From Candidatus Heimdallarchaeota archaeon (GTDB lineage: Archaea; Asgardarchaeota; Heimdallarchaeia; Hodarchaeales; Hodarchaeaceae), in assembly GCA_020353515.1 (NCBI GenBank), contig CP070695.1:3582177-3646176 (forward strand): 64,000 nucleotides of DNA, written 5' to 3'. The position numbers were made by a program, and so were the translations under genes. Below the pieces are notes generated by a model. The model saw only the letters and a program-made list of their open reading frames with translations. It did no database searches and had not been told where the DNA came from. Below are positions 9,385 to 19,794 of this stretch, piece by piece (position 1 is the first letter of the stretch; the number at the start of each line of letters is the position of its first letter).

Positions 9385-9516
9385 TGGATCTCATATTGTT
9401 ATGTTAACCCAGTTTTTCAACGGCTTAAAGTTGAGCTTGTTCATTCTCTCTTTATATTTTACCAATCCTCTTATAATAATTGCATATTCTCTACTTACCT
9501 AACCTAAAAATCAAGT

Positions 9517-11934
9517 GTGAGAAGAAAAATCATGGCTGAGGCGTGCAAAACTCCTAAAGATATCTGGAAACCATCAGAAAAACTTAGTCCAAGAATAAAA
9601 AAACTTCGAGAGGAATACTTTTCTTTTTATGAAAGGTACGATAGATATACAAACGAAGTAAGGCCTTATACCACGGGTCGAAAGTGGGATAATGTCTATT
9701 CGTTCTTTCATTGGGGAGTGACGCCTGAAGGCATTCCATTCTTTCCAGGATTTAAAGATACTTTACGAGTACTAGCAGAAGTTGTTCAATTTCCAGATGA
9801 ATACTATCGACGAACAATTGCTGAAAGAAAAGCATTATTTTTCAACAAGGTTCTTGCAGATCATCTACCAGTATTGATATTAGAAGGAGAGTTGATAGTA
9901 GGGAGTCATTTCAATACAGCACTAAGTAAAGTTTTAACTGAATCAGAAACAAAAAAATGGGATAAAGGTCAAACAGAATTTTTTAAAGAACTAAAGTTTC
10001 GATGTGAAACAGGAGAATTTAACTACGGCGCAATCCCAGGTCATCTTGTTCCTAATTATCCTAAAGTTCTCGAGAAAGGCTTTTCAGGAATCCAGAAAGA
10101 ATTAAAAGAGTTACATGCTCAAATAAAAAAACCAGAACAAAAAACATGGCTTCAAGCACTAATTGATTCGTGTGAGGGACCTCGAGTATTAGCTAAAAGG
10201 TATTCAGATGAAGCTAAACGATTAGCTAATAAAGAATCTGATCCTAAACGTAAGGAAGAATTGATAAAACTATCAAGAATCTGTGCTAAGGTACCTTGGG
10301 AACCTGCAAACACCTTTTGGGAAGCAGTACAATCTGTTTGGATGACTCATGCATTAGTATTAGCTGCTGAGAGTTATCCAGGCGCTGGAACAAGTCCAGG
10401 ACGTATCGACCAATTTTTCTATCCTTATTACAGGAATGATGTTGAAAATGGAACATTAACAAGGGAATTTGCCAAAGAATTACTTGAATGCTATTGGATA
10501 AAACATAATTATGCTTATGACTTCCAAGGCCAAATAGGTAACTCACAAGGTATTAATTCGAGCTTTGGACAGCTAATAACAATTGGTGGGATTGATGAAA
10601 ACCACGAAGACGCTAGCAATGATTTGACATGGTTAATACTAGAAGTGATTGAAGAAATCAATCTCCTTGAACCAAAACCAAATATTCGCCTTCATGCGAA
10701 AACCCCTCAACCCCTTATGACTCGAGTCGCGGAGCTAATAGCAAAAACTCAAGGATCACCTTTCTTGATGAATTTTGACGAACTTGCTATAAAAGCACTA
10801 GTCTGGCAAGGAATACCAAAGAAGGAAGTTTGGAATTATGCTCCAGTCGGTTGTCTTGAAAACACCATGATTGGAAATGATGTATCTGGAACAGTAGATG
10901 TGAATGTCAATATTGCTAAAGCTGTTGAACTTACTATGAACAATGGTAAGGATATGAGGCTAGATATGCAATTAGGACCAAAGACTGGAGATCCAATAAA
11001 AGACTTTAAATCTTTTGATGAATTTTTGACTGGTTTTAAAGTTCAATTACAAGCTCTATTGGATCGAGCAATTGAAGCTTATAATTTTGCAGATAAACTA
11101 CGACTAGACTACGAACCTGTTCCATACGTGTCTGTTTTAGTTGATGGATGTGCTGAATCAGGAAAAGATGCGCGATCTGGGGGAGCAAAATATAACTTTA
11201 CAACAGTAGAAGGATTAGGACTTGCAAATGCAGCTGACTCGTTGGCAGCCATTAAAAAATTAGTTTATGAAGAAAAAAAAGTGTCGATGGAGAATTTAGT
11301 GGCAAATTTACGATCAAATTTCGAGGGAAACGAGGAACTTCGACAACTATTGATTAACCATGCCCCTAAATTTGGTAATGATGATGATTATGTTGATGAA
11401 TTAGCGCGAGAAGTATCACGATTTTGGGGAGAATATGTATTCAAGAAAAAGTCTCCAGCGACGGGTCGCCAATATCGAGGTGGATATCTTTCTTGGAATT
11501 ATTTTATTAGTTTTGCGCCGAAAACTGCAGCATTACCAGACGGAAGACTTCAAGGAGGCTATTTATCTGGTGGTGTTGGACCTTATCAAGGAATGGACAT
11601 TACAGGCCCAACTGCTTCCGCTTTATCTGTCGGAAAACTAGGATTAGAAGTTCATCCCAATGGTACTTCTCATACAATGAGTTTCTCTCCAGCGTCCCTA
11701 CGTGATGAAGAACATATTGAAAAAATGATAGCATTTTTACGGACATATGCTAAAATCGGTGGAACAGCTTTGCAAACGAATGTAATAAGTTCTGAAACCC
11801 TCATTGAAGCTCAAAGGCATCCTGAGCAGTATCGAAATTTATTAGTCAGAGTGACTGGATACAATGCCTACTTCACAACTCTGGGTAAAGAACAACAAGA
11901 TGAAATCATTGCTAGGGAATCACATAAGGTTTAA
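9517..11934 (+). CDS. Glycyl radical enzyme of unassigned substrate (likely start ATG 9532)
   Basis: GRIDQFFYPYY, single-Cys loop VGCLE, Gly loop VRVTGYNAYF; about 800 aa. Confidence 0.93.
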   Translation: MRRKIMAEACKTPKDIWKPSEKLSPRIKKLREEYFSFYERYDRYTNEVRPYTTGRKWDNVYSFFHWGVTPEGIPFFPGFKDTLRVLAEVVQFPDEYYRRTIAERKALFFNKVLADHLPVLILEGELIVGSHFNTALSKVLTESETKKWDKGQTEFFKELKFRCETGEFNYGAIPGHLVPNYPKVLEKGFSGIQKELKELHAQIKKPEQKTWLQALIDSCEGPRVLAKRYSDEAKRLANKESDPKRKEELIKLSRICAKVPWEPANTFWEAVQSVWMTHALVLAAESYPGAGTSPGRIDQFFYPYYRNDVENGTLTREFAKELLECYWIKHNYAYDFQGQIGNSQGINSSFGQLITIGGIDENHEDASNDLTWLILEVIEEINLLEPKPNIRLHAKTPQPLMTRVAELIAKTQGSPFLMNFDELAIKALVWQGIPKKEVWNYAPVGCLENTMIGNDVSGTVDVNVNIAKAVELTMNNGKDMRLDMQLGPKTGDPIKDFKSFDEFLTGFKVQLQALLDRAIEAYNFADKLRLDYEPVPYVSVLVDGCAESGKDARSGGAKYNFTTVEGLGLANAADSLAAIKKLVYEEKKVSMENLVANLRSNFEGNEELRQLLINHAPKFGNDDDYVDELAREVSRFWGEYVFKKKSPATGRQYRGGYLSWNYFISFAPKTAALPDGRLQGGYLSGGVGPYQGMDITGPTASALSVGKLGLEVHPNGTSHTMSFSPASLRDEEHIEKMIAFLRTYAKIGGTALQTNVISSETLIEAQRHPEQYRNLLVRVTGYNAYFTTLGKEQQDEIIARESHKV

Positions 11935-11936
11935 CA

Positions 11937-12884
11937 ATGATGACGGATATAATGGGTCATGTACTAAACATTCAACGGTATAGTACTGAAGATGGACCTG
12001 GCATTCGTACTACAGTTTTTTTACAGGGATGTTCACTCAGATGCAAATGGTGTCAGAATCCGGAGAGTTTTGAACTACAACCATATTTAGTATGGTATAG
12101 CGATAGATGTATTGCTGCCAGACACTGCATTGAAGTATGCTCAGATGATGCACTTGAACTCACAAAAGAAGGAATGCAGATAGATCGATTTCGTTGCACA
12201 TCTTGTGGAAATTGTGTACAAATATGTCCAACAAAAGCATTTGAAACCCTTGGACGGGAAATGACTGTCGATGAAGTGGTGTCTCAATCTCTCCGAGATA
12301 AATCTTTTTATAAAGAATCAAATGGTGGAGTCACACTCTCAGGGGGAGATCCTCTTTACCAACCAAAATTTTCGCTAGCAATTCTAAAAGATCTCAAAGA
12401 TAACGAGGTTCATACAGCCCTTGATACTAGTGGTTATGCTAACCAAGAAACTTTTGAAAAAATCGTGAAACTTACAGACTTAGTTCTACTAGATCTCAAA
12501 GTTATTGATCCTAAAGTTCATAAGAATATCACTGGTGTTGATAATAAAACGATCCTTTCAAATGCTCAATGGTTAGGACAACAAAAAATTAAAGTTTGGA
12601 TTCGGACTCCGATTATTCCATCATATACTGATCAAGAGAAAAATATCCAAGCAATTGCATCTTATATTAATAAAAATATGGCTAATGTTGTTGAGCGTTG
12701 GGATCTCCTATGTTATAACAATATGTGCATTTCAAAGTGGAAACGATTGGATTTATCTTATGAATGTGAAGATCTTCCATTAATGTCAGAAACAAAAATC
12801 AAAATATTAGCAAAAAATGCTCAATCAGCAGGAGTACCAGTCACGTGGTCAGGTGTTGTTGATAAAACGTGGGTGAAATATTAG
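11937..12884 (+). CDS. Glycyl radical enzyme activating enzyme (radical SAM with ferredoxin insert)
   Basis: DGPGIRTTVFLQGCSLRCKWCQNPES, additional Cys clusters (CIAARHCIEVC; CTSCGNCVQICP), GVTLSGGDP. Confidence 0.94.
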   Translation: MMTDIMGHVLNIQRYSTEDGPGIRTTVFLQGCSLRCKWCQNPESFELQPYLVWYSDRCIAARHCIEVCSDDALELTKEGMQIDRFRCTSCGNCVQICPTKAFETLGREMTVDEVVSQSLRDKSFYKESNGGVTLSGGDPLYQPKFSLAILKDLKDNEVHTALDTSGYANQETFEKIVKLTDLVLLDLKVIDPKVHKNITGVDNKTILSNAQWLGQQKIKVWIRTPIIPSYTDQEKNIQAIASYINKNMANVVERWDLLCYNNMCISKWKRLDLSYECEDLPLMSETKIKILAKNAQSAGVPVTWSGVVDKTWVKY

Positions 12885-13678
12885 TGAAACTACCTAAAAC
12901 TGTAAAAGAAGCTTTTGCATTGGAATTAGAGGCAGCTAAATTTATGGCTACTCGTGATGCAAATGGAGTACCAAATATAGCAATGATCTCAACCATCAGT
13001 CCATGGGAGAAAGATGAAGAGCAATTGATTTTTGGTAATTTTTTGATGTGGCAAACAAAAAAGAATCTTGAGAATGGATCACCAGTCTCGATTTCCGTGA
13101 TGACCTTAGACTTCAAATCCTATGAGGTTAGAGGAAGATTTCTTGGTTTCGAGACTTCAGGGGAGAAATTCGATACAATGAGTAGCAAGGATCTTTTTCG
13201 TTACTCTGCTATTGGTTTGTTACGAAGTGTTGGGACCATTGCAATTGATGAGATCTATCCTATCAAGCTAAGTATGCTAGGTGTTGGAACGGAATGGTTT
13301 TTGGCAAAAATTGCTGGAAAAAGAATCAAAGATCTTGAGAAAGGAAAGGGTATAAATCCATTAGTAATGCAAAATGTTGGTGTGCTTCAAGGATCAAAAT
13401 TCTTAACAGTCTCACGAAAAGACCATATGGAACAATTTCCCATCTTAGGAATGAAACCTGTGGATGATTATGTTATTATCCGTTCAGATCTTCCATTGAA
13501 AGAAGGAGATAATATAGCAATATCAGCTTTCAATATGGAACTTAAAGCTTTCCAAATAAAAGGAGAATATATGGGAGTAAGACGGTCAAGAGGAGTAAAG
13601 TTTGGTTATATTAGAGTGAACAACGTTCTGACACAAACACCCCCTCTTGTTTCTCGAGAAGTTCCAACTGATAATTAA
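12869..13678 (+). CDS. Tandem pyridoxamine-5'-phosphate-oxidase-like (FMN split barrel) protein
   Basis: KFMATRDANGVPN...TKKNLE...SYEVRG domain followed by a degenerate second copy (SKFLT...AFQIKG). GTG at 12884 overlaps the activase stop. Confidence 0.75.
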   Translation: MGEILVKLPKTVKEAFALELEAAKFMATRDANGVPNIAMISTISPWEKDEEQLIFGNFLMWQTKKNLENGSPVSISVMTLDFKSYEVRGRFLGFETSGEKFDTMSSKDLFRYSAIGLLRSVGTIAIDEIYPIKLSMLGVGTEWFLAKIAGKRIKDLEKGKGINPLVMQNVGVLQGSKFLTVSRKDHMEQFPILGMKPVDDYVIIRSDLPLKEGDNIAISAFNMELKAFQIKGEYMGVRRSRGVKFGYIRVNNVLTQTPPLVSREVPTDN

Positions 13679-13947
13679 CCATTGTTGTGGATTCTTTCTT
13701 ATTTTCTTCTTCAGTTTTTAGCTTTATAAGCATTGGCCAGAAAATCTGAGTTATGATTATTTTTATTTCAGTAATATTAAATGTTGATAATAACACTATA
13801 ACTCCTTAATTTTTGAATAATACTAAACAATAAACTATTTAAACCCTTAATTTTTTATTTTATTTGATCAATGATTTTTGTGCATTAGCTCTTTGCATTG
13901 ACTCAAAAATTAAGTAGACCAATATATCGAACAAAAGAAGATTAAAA

Positions 13948-14097
13948 ATGATAAAAATAATAAAAAGTGTTATTCCAACTTCATGGTTTCAAATAAAGCA
14001 AGATGATAAACTACGTCAGACAATTGTAATTGTTTCTTTGCTTATTGAAGTATTAAGTATACTTTTAATAGGATTTTACTTAAAATCGTATATATGA
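13948..14097 (+). CDS. Putative 49-aa small protein with C-terminal TM helix (not in ORF track)
   Basis: MIKIIKSVIPTSWFQIKQDDKLRQTIVIVSLLIEVLSILLIGFYLKSYI, ending in TGATGA. Confidence 0.35.
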   Translation: MIKIIKSVIPTSWFQIKQDDKLRQTIVIVSLLIEVLSILLIGFYLKSYI

Positions 14098-14116
14098 TGA
14101 AAACTATTTCTGATTT

Positions 14117-15157
14117 TCAAACATAATTTTCATATAAAACATCGTATTGATTATTTGCTTTAAATACAATTGTTTTCACTTTTTTAATAATTAGATTTAC
14201 TTCCTGTTTTGTTATAACAGGGAAATTATGGAGTTTATTTAAATATTTCAAAGGTTTATTTTGTGCTATTCTCTCTTGAACAAATTTTTCATGTCTTTTT
14301 AACCGATTTTCAATATATTCATTCGCAAATTCTACAAGATCTCTTATTCTAAGGTTTATTGTCTTTTCGAACCTAGAGTCGAGTTCATACCCAATACTAT
14401 TTCTTCCTGAACTCATCGCTGCAAGAGTTGTTGTTCCAGTACCGAGAAAAGGGTCTAAAACAATATCTCCTTTAACTGAAAACATATTTATCAATCGATA
14501 TGCCAAGTCAAACGCGAAAGCTGCGCTTCTTTCCCTAGTTTCATTATTCATAGCTTGAGATGTTCCTTTGATGAACCAGAGATCTGAAAACCAAATATTT
14601 CTTTCCTCCCAAAAATAAGAGCTTTCCTGTCGATTTAATTTCTCTGTGGCATTTTTAAACTCTCTTTTACCACCCTTTCTTAGGATCAAAATAAATTCAT
14701 GTTCTAATGTAATATATGCACCAGGGGGAAGCATTCCTGATCCCATGAATTTGTTTGGTGCATTGGTCGGTTTCCTCCAAATAATTTCTGGTAAAATACT
14801 GAATCCAAGTTTACAACAAAATTCCAAGATCCGTGAATGGTTTGCATAGAGGCGAAATTCTTTCCCAATCGTTCTAACAGCATCACCTACGTTAATACAA
14901 GCAATTCCTCCACTTTTAAGTACACGATAAATTTCTACCCATGTTTTATCGAGCTCTTGATGCATCAACTCAAAAGCTAAAGATCCATCTTGGACATCTA
15001 AAGCATTTTTAATCTCTGGACTCATTTTAGAAAACAAATTGTCCCACAATTCTATGATTGGATACGGGGGACTTGTTATTACTAAATCTATACTTTCTGT
15101 ATCAATGTCCTCCATTTTATTGGAATTAGTAAACTTGATCTTGTGGTAGGTTTTCAT
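14117..15157 (-). CDS. Orphan N4/N6 DNA methyltransferase (beta class)
   Basis: TSPPY precedes LDPFLGTGTT; IIWRK, HEFIL motifs. Confidence 0.9.
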   Translation of the reverse strand: MKTYHKIKFTNSNKMEDIDTESIDLVITSPPYPIIELWDNLFSKMSPEIKNALDVQDGSLAFELMHQELDKTWVEIYRVLKSGGIACINVGDAVRTIGKEFRLYANHSRILEFCCKLGFSILPEIIWRKPTNAPNKFMGSGMLPPGAYITLEHEFILILRKGGKREFKNATEKLNRQESSYFWEERNIWFSDLWFIKGTSQAMNNETRERSAAFAFDLAYRLINMFSVKGDIVLDPFLGTGTTTLAAMSSGRNSIGYELDSRFEKTINLRIRDLVEFANEYIENRLKRHEKFVQERIAQNKPLKYLNKLHNFPVITKQEVNLIIKKVKTIVFKANNQYDVLYENYV

Positions 15158-15317
15158 GACTGAATATTCACCAGAAATAATTGCTCAATACATAAAAAAT
15201 ACTGATCAACTGAAAAGACTTTGGGATATTCATCAGAAAAACATAGGAAACTGATAGAAATAACAGAAAAGACTTCTTTTCTATCAAAAGTTTTCGACAG
15301 TGAACATTTCCTAACTA

Positions 15318-16796
15318 GTGTTTCTAAATGCTATTAAATCTAACGGAAAAATTAATTTTAGACGTTTTATTCTGGAATGGGGACATTTGAAAGACATTAG
15401 TGAAACAACAAAACCAAAGGTGTTACAATTTTGGAAAATGGATGAAAAAATATATGCAGCTTTTTCCTCAGTTATTGCAGCGATCTTTTTAACCATAATA
15501 AAGTTTATTGTTGGGATTTGGAGTGGGAGTTTAGGTCTCCTTTCTGAAGCCCTTCATTCAGCCCTAGATCTTGCAGCTGCCGGAGTGACACTTATGGCTG
15601 TTCGATCGTCTTCAAAACCAGCTGATCAAGATCACCAGTATGGACATGGAAAAATAGAAAGCTTATCAGCCCTATTTGAAACGATTCTTCTATTAATTAC
15701 AATAATCTGGATCGTTTATGAAGCAACGCGAAGAATTTTACTTAATGAATTGGAAATCATTACTCACCCAATTACTTTTGGAGTAGTGATCCTAGCTATT
15801 ATTATTGATTACTCTAGGAGTAGGTTACTCTACAAAATGGCTAACAAATATGATAGTCAAGCATTGAAAGCTGATGCCCTTCATTTTAGTACTGATATTC
15901 TAAGCTCTTCAGTTGTATTTATTGGATTAATTTTCGTCATGTTTGGATTTCCGTTAGGTGATCCACTCGCAGCTATTGGAGTAGCAATTATTGTTTTACT
16001 TATGACCATTAATTTGGGAAAAGAAACAGTTGATTCGCTTCTAGATCGTGCTCCCCCTGGAGAAAAAGAAAAGGTACAATTAGCAGCAGAACGCGTAGTG
16101 GGAGTAATTTCATGTGAGAAGATTCGAATACGGAAATCAGGGATGGTTACGTTCGTAGATCTAGCAATTATAATAAATCCAAACATATCATTAGAAAAAG
16201 CTCATTCTATAGCTGAAAATGTCACAATAGAAATTCAAAAAGTCATAAATTACGCTGATGTGAGTGTTCACATGGATCCAGCTTCAGAGGATCTTACTCC
16301 TTTAATTAAAGCCATAAGAAAAGAAGGTAAGCGAACTGAATGGATTCTAGACATTCAAAAAATATATGCTTTCGAATTTTTGGGGAAACTATCAATCGCT
16401 CTTCACATTGTAGTTGAGGCTGAAAAAAGCCTTGGTGAGATTTACCAAAGCTTAGAAGATTTTAAAGGAAGTCTTCGAACTATTGATCCACGAATTTCTG
16501 AGGAGTATTTAAATTTCCATATAGAACCTTCTGAAACAAAAAAACCTCTAAAACTTAACTTTAAAGAATTAGAAAAAAGAATCCAATTTTTAACAGAGGA
16601 AAATGAACTTCTTAATAATCCTCATGAAATTAAATTATATAAGATACCTTCAGGAGTTTTTGTTTCCCTACATTGCAATACTCAGCCAATCTTATCTGTA
16701 GAAGAAGTTCATAAAGCTACAGTCATCTTGGAAGAAGCCATTTCGAGAGAAATTCCTGGTGATTCTCATATATACATTTTTGTAGAACCACAATAA
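15318..16796 (+). CDS. CDF/FieF cation efflux transporter with three C-terminal metal-binding domains (likely start ATG 15438)
   Basis: SEALHSALD, HQYGHGKIE, ADALHFSTD; VHMDP, FHIEP and IFVEP end three ZT_dimer-like repeats. Confidence 0.9.
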   Translation: MFLNAIKSNGKINFRRFILEWGHLKDISETTKPKVLQFWKMDEKIYAAFSSVIAAIFLTIIKFIVGIWSGSLGLLSEALHSALDLAAAGVTLMAVRSSSKPADQDHQYGHGKIESLSALFETILLLITIIWIVYEATRRILLNELEIITHPITFGVVILAIIIDYSRSRLLYKMANKYDSQALKADALHFSTDILSSSVVFIGLIFVMFGFPLGDPLAAIGVAIIVLLMTINLGKETVDSLLDRAPPGEKEKVQLAAERVVGVISCEKIRIRKSGMVTFVDLAIIINPNISLEKAHSIAENVTIEIQKVINYADVSVHMDPASEDLTPLIKAIRKEGKRTEWILDIQKIYAFEFLGKLSIALHIVVEAEKSLGEIYQSLEDFKGSLRTIDPRISEEYLNFHIEPSETKKPLKLNFKELEKRIQFLTEENELLNNPHEIKLYKIPSGVFVSLHCNTQPILSVEEVHKATVILEEAISREIPGDSHIYIFVEPQ

Positions 16797-16812
16797 CATG
16801 AAATTTAAACGC

Positions 16813-18174
16813 TTATTGTGTACCTGTTGAGAAATTAACATCTTCAACAAGCATTGCAGGAGCAAAGGTCGGAATAGTAACTTCAATCCACCATTTTATT
16901 TGTCTAACCTTGTTTTGTACTGCAATAATGTTTTTTACTAAATTCGGGAATGTCTCTGAGATCCGAAGCTCACGAAGAGGTTCTTGAATCTCCCCATCCT
17001 CAATTAGAAACATCCCATCTCGGGGAATTGTACTGAACACGCCTTCAGCGGCATTGGTCATCGTTGTATACCAATTAGATGTAACGTAGATTGTTGGTTT
17101 TTTGCACTCACTTATCATTTCCTCAAAAGAAAAATTACCTGGTTCGATCATGATGTTACTATTCTGGGGAGAAATAATTCCTGCATTAGCAGTAGTAACT
17201 GTACCAGCTTTTTTTGCGGTACTTGTGTTTTGAATCAGATTTTTTAGAACACCATTCTCAATTATGAGTGTTCGTTGGCTTGGAACCCCTTCAGCATCGG
17301 CACAACGACTTCCAAGAGCATTTGGTATAGTAGCATCATCATAAGCTGTAAGAAGTTCTGATGAAATTGTTTCTCCAATTTTATCTTTTAACCAAGATTG
17401 CCCTATTTCAATAGTAAAAGGATTGGCTAAACGAACTGGATTTGCTATGATATCAGCAACAACTGTTGGTGATAATAATGCGTCAAATACCCCATTTTTT
17501 CCTGGTTTCGCTCCTTTTGACTGAACTGCGATTGTTCCTGCATTATCTCCAGCTTGAAAAGTGTCTAATGTATCAAGTTTACGTCCAATACTCATTCCTT
17601 GACCAGATTCAATAGGTGTTAGAAAAGAACGAATTAAGAATTCAAATCTAGATATGCTTTCGGTTGTATTCACCCCATGATTTGTAAGTAACATGTTATT
17701 AGAATAGCCCCATTCAAGAATACCAGCGCTGTGATTTGCTCCAGACTCCATTGCAGAATTAAGCCCCTGTTCAACCATATCTACTGCATTATCAGAAAAA
17801 TTTATTATTTTTGGGTCATAAAGGTCTGGGACTGATTTATAGTTAAACGGTCCTTCCGCTATTCCACCGTAATCTTCTTTCGGAGGAAGGACAGAGCTAA
17901 ATTTCAATAAATCATCTAATGCGTTGTAAATAGAATCTATTGATGAGATATCTGAAATTTCCGTGCCTGCCATTTTCTTGTTTTTTACATAAAAGAAGAA
18001 CAATTTAACGTTTGCCCAACGCTTACTCACGATGATGTTATTTCGACTGAATCGAAGTTGATAATTTACTTGTTCGGTACCAGACACAATGACATCTTCA
18101 GGATTATTTTTTTCTAAATAAACTAATGATTTTTCTAAAACAGTGTTAAGATCTAATTCTTCAGTCTGTTTCAC
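16813..18174 (-). CDS. TldE/PmbA family protein
   Basis: DAEGVP, IIENGVLK, GVFSTIPRDG, ELRISE; no HExxH; directly downstream of TldD. Confidence 0.88.
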   Translation of the reverse strand: MKQTEELDLNTVLEKSLVYLEKNNPEDVIVSGTEQVNYQLRFSRNNIIVSKRWANVKLFFFYVKNKKMAGTEISDISSIDSIYNALDDLLKFSSVLPPKEDYGGIAEGPFNYKSVPDLYDPKIINFSDNAVDMVEQGLNSAMESGANHSAGILEWGYSNNMLLTNHGVNTTESISRFEFLIRSFLTPIESGQGMSIGRKLDTLDTFQAGDNAGTIAVQSKGAKPGKNGVFDALLSPTVVADIIANPVRLANPFTIEIGQSWLKDKIGETISSELLTAYDDATIPNALGSRCADAEGVPSQRTLIIENGVLKNLIQNTSTAKKAGTVTTANAGIISPQNSNIMIEPGNFSFEEMISECKKPTIYVTSNWYTTMTNAAEGVFSTIPRDGMFLIEDGEIQEPLRELRISETFPNLVKNIIAVQNKVRQIKWWIEVTIPTFAPAMLVEDVNFSTGTQ

Positions 18175-18180
18175 AACTAA

Positions 18181-19623
18181 TCACCTAACCAAAATGTTCC
18201 GAATTCGAGTAGCTTTAGGCCCACCGTGCCACACAGGTGTACCTTGTACAGGGTCTCCCTTACCACACGTAGCTGCATCAAATTCTAATTTCTTACTCGC
18301 AGCATCAATCGAACTAAATAAATCGGGAGTAGTAGTCTCTAATACAGGTCTTCTAATTAATTCGTTTGTCAGTTCTCCATCACGAATTAAATATGCCTCT
18401 CTTCCAACATATTTGGATTGAAAACGTCGATCATCTATGTTCCACTCAGAATGATTTTTAATATAAATACCTAATTTGATATCTTCAAGAATCTCATCAA
18501 AATCATAATCCCCTGCAGCAATGAAAGTATTTGCCATTCTTGGAATGGGTTCACGATTAAATGCAGAAACTCGAGCTGCTCCAGTAGATTGGGTATTTAA
18601 AAAACCTGCTGACTCTCTATTATGTAGCATCTCTTTGAAAATGCCATTCTTTATCAGATATCTAGGTTTACCTGGTATTCCTTCAGCATCATAGAGATAA
18701 TAACCATATGAACCCGAAATGGTTGGATCATCAATTATAGTAACATAATCAGATCCTATTTTTTTTCCAAGTTTGTCAAGGCCGAGATAAGACTCACCTG
18801 CTTGAGCTGCCTCCCTTCCTAGGATCCTGTCAGCTTCTGAAGGATGCCCACAATTCTCATGGGCTATAATACCTGCAATATTTGGACCAGCGACGAAGTC
18901 TATTTTCCCTTTAGGGGATTTTTTGGACTCGGAAGCTACTCGTGTTAATATTTCAGCTTCCTTCTTCAGAAAATTTACAATATCCCACTTTTCAATCCAT
19001 TCATAACCTCCAGTGGCTCCTTTCTGAAAGTAAGCTTGCTCCATTGCTCCTTTAATTTGATCAACTGCAGTTAAAAGACCATAAAAGAGTATTCTAGGAA
19101 TATCGTCCTCAATACGTGCTCCATCAGAGTTGACATAATATCTGTGGCTTATAGTGTCAATAAGTATGACTATCCTGAAAGGAATCGGAAGATCAGATAT
19201 ATTCTTATCAATTTCAAATAAGATTTTCATTTTTTCTTCAGGATCAGTATCACTAGGTGATTGTACGACCTTTGCTGCATATTTCTTTTCGTAAGCTTTT
19301 TCCTCAGAAAATGTAATTGGATGTTTTCTTACTCTTGAACTTGCCTTTGCTAGTTTGATTGCTTGTGTAATAGCTTCATTCATCGAATTTCGGTTTAGAG
19401 TGTTAAATGACCCAAAACCCATAGCACCATCAACTAAGACACGAATACCTAGTCCTTTTGTTCGATCAAAAGCTCCCAGCTCTGGTACACCATTTTTCAA
19501 AACAAATTGGTTATTTTGAAGAGATTCAAACCGAGCTTCTACATAAGTAGCGCCTTTCTGTAATGCTAAATCAATGGCTTTATCACATAATTCTTGTCCA
19601 CTAACGCTCATAAACATGACCAC
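18181..19623 (-). CDS. tldD: TldD metalloprotease
   Basis: GLGIRV, AHENCGHPSEADR (HExxxH), YDAEG, PRMANT, TCGKGDP. Confidence 0.9.
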   Translation of the reverse strand: MVMFMSVSGQELCDKAIDLALQKGATYVEARFESLQNNQFVLKNGVPELGAFDRTKGLGIRVLVDGAMGFGSFNTLNRNSMNEAITQAIKLAKASSRVRKHPITFSEEKAYEKKYAAKVVQSPSDTDPEEKMKILFEIDKNISDLPIPFRIVILIDTISHRYYVNSDGARIEDDIPRILFYGLLTAVDQIKGAMEQAYFQKGATGGYEWIEKWDIVNFLKKEAEILTRVASESKKSPKGKIDFVAGPNIAGIIAHENCGHPSEADRILGREAAQAGESYLGLDKLGKKIGSDYVTIIDDPTISGSYGYYLYDAEGIPGKPRYLIKNGIFKEMLHNRESAGFLNTQSTGAARVSAFNREPIPRMANTFIAAGDYDFDEILEDIKLGIYIKNHSEWNIDDRRFQSKYVGREAYLIRDGELTNELIRRPVLETTTPDLFSSIDAASKKLEFDAATCGKGDPVQGTPVWHGGPKATRIRNILVR

Positions 19624-19794
19624 AAAACAGATTTTTGTCTTAATATCTCGATTTTAGAGCTCTTCTTCTATTTATTTATTAAACTCTGACTGTTCATGCA
19701 ACATTAGCTGTCAAACTCAGGGTTTAAAATAGAAATGTCCTGATTAACAAAATGAAGATTTTCAGGTAAATTAAAAGATTAAGAGACGAAAATA

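Noticed and set aside
9517-11934. Calling the GRE pyruvate formate-lyase or choline TMA-lyase
   Set aside because: It has a single Cys (GCLE) rather than Cys-Cys, the activase has a ferredoxin insert, and there is no CutC-type motif or context.
14117-15157. Restriction-modification system
   Set aside because: No endonuclease or specificity gene is adjacent to either methyltransferase.
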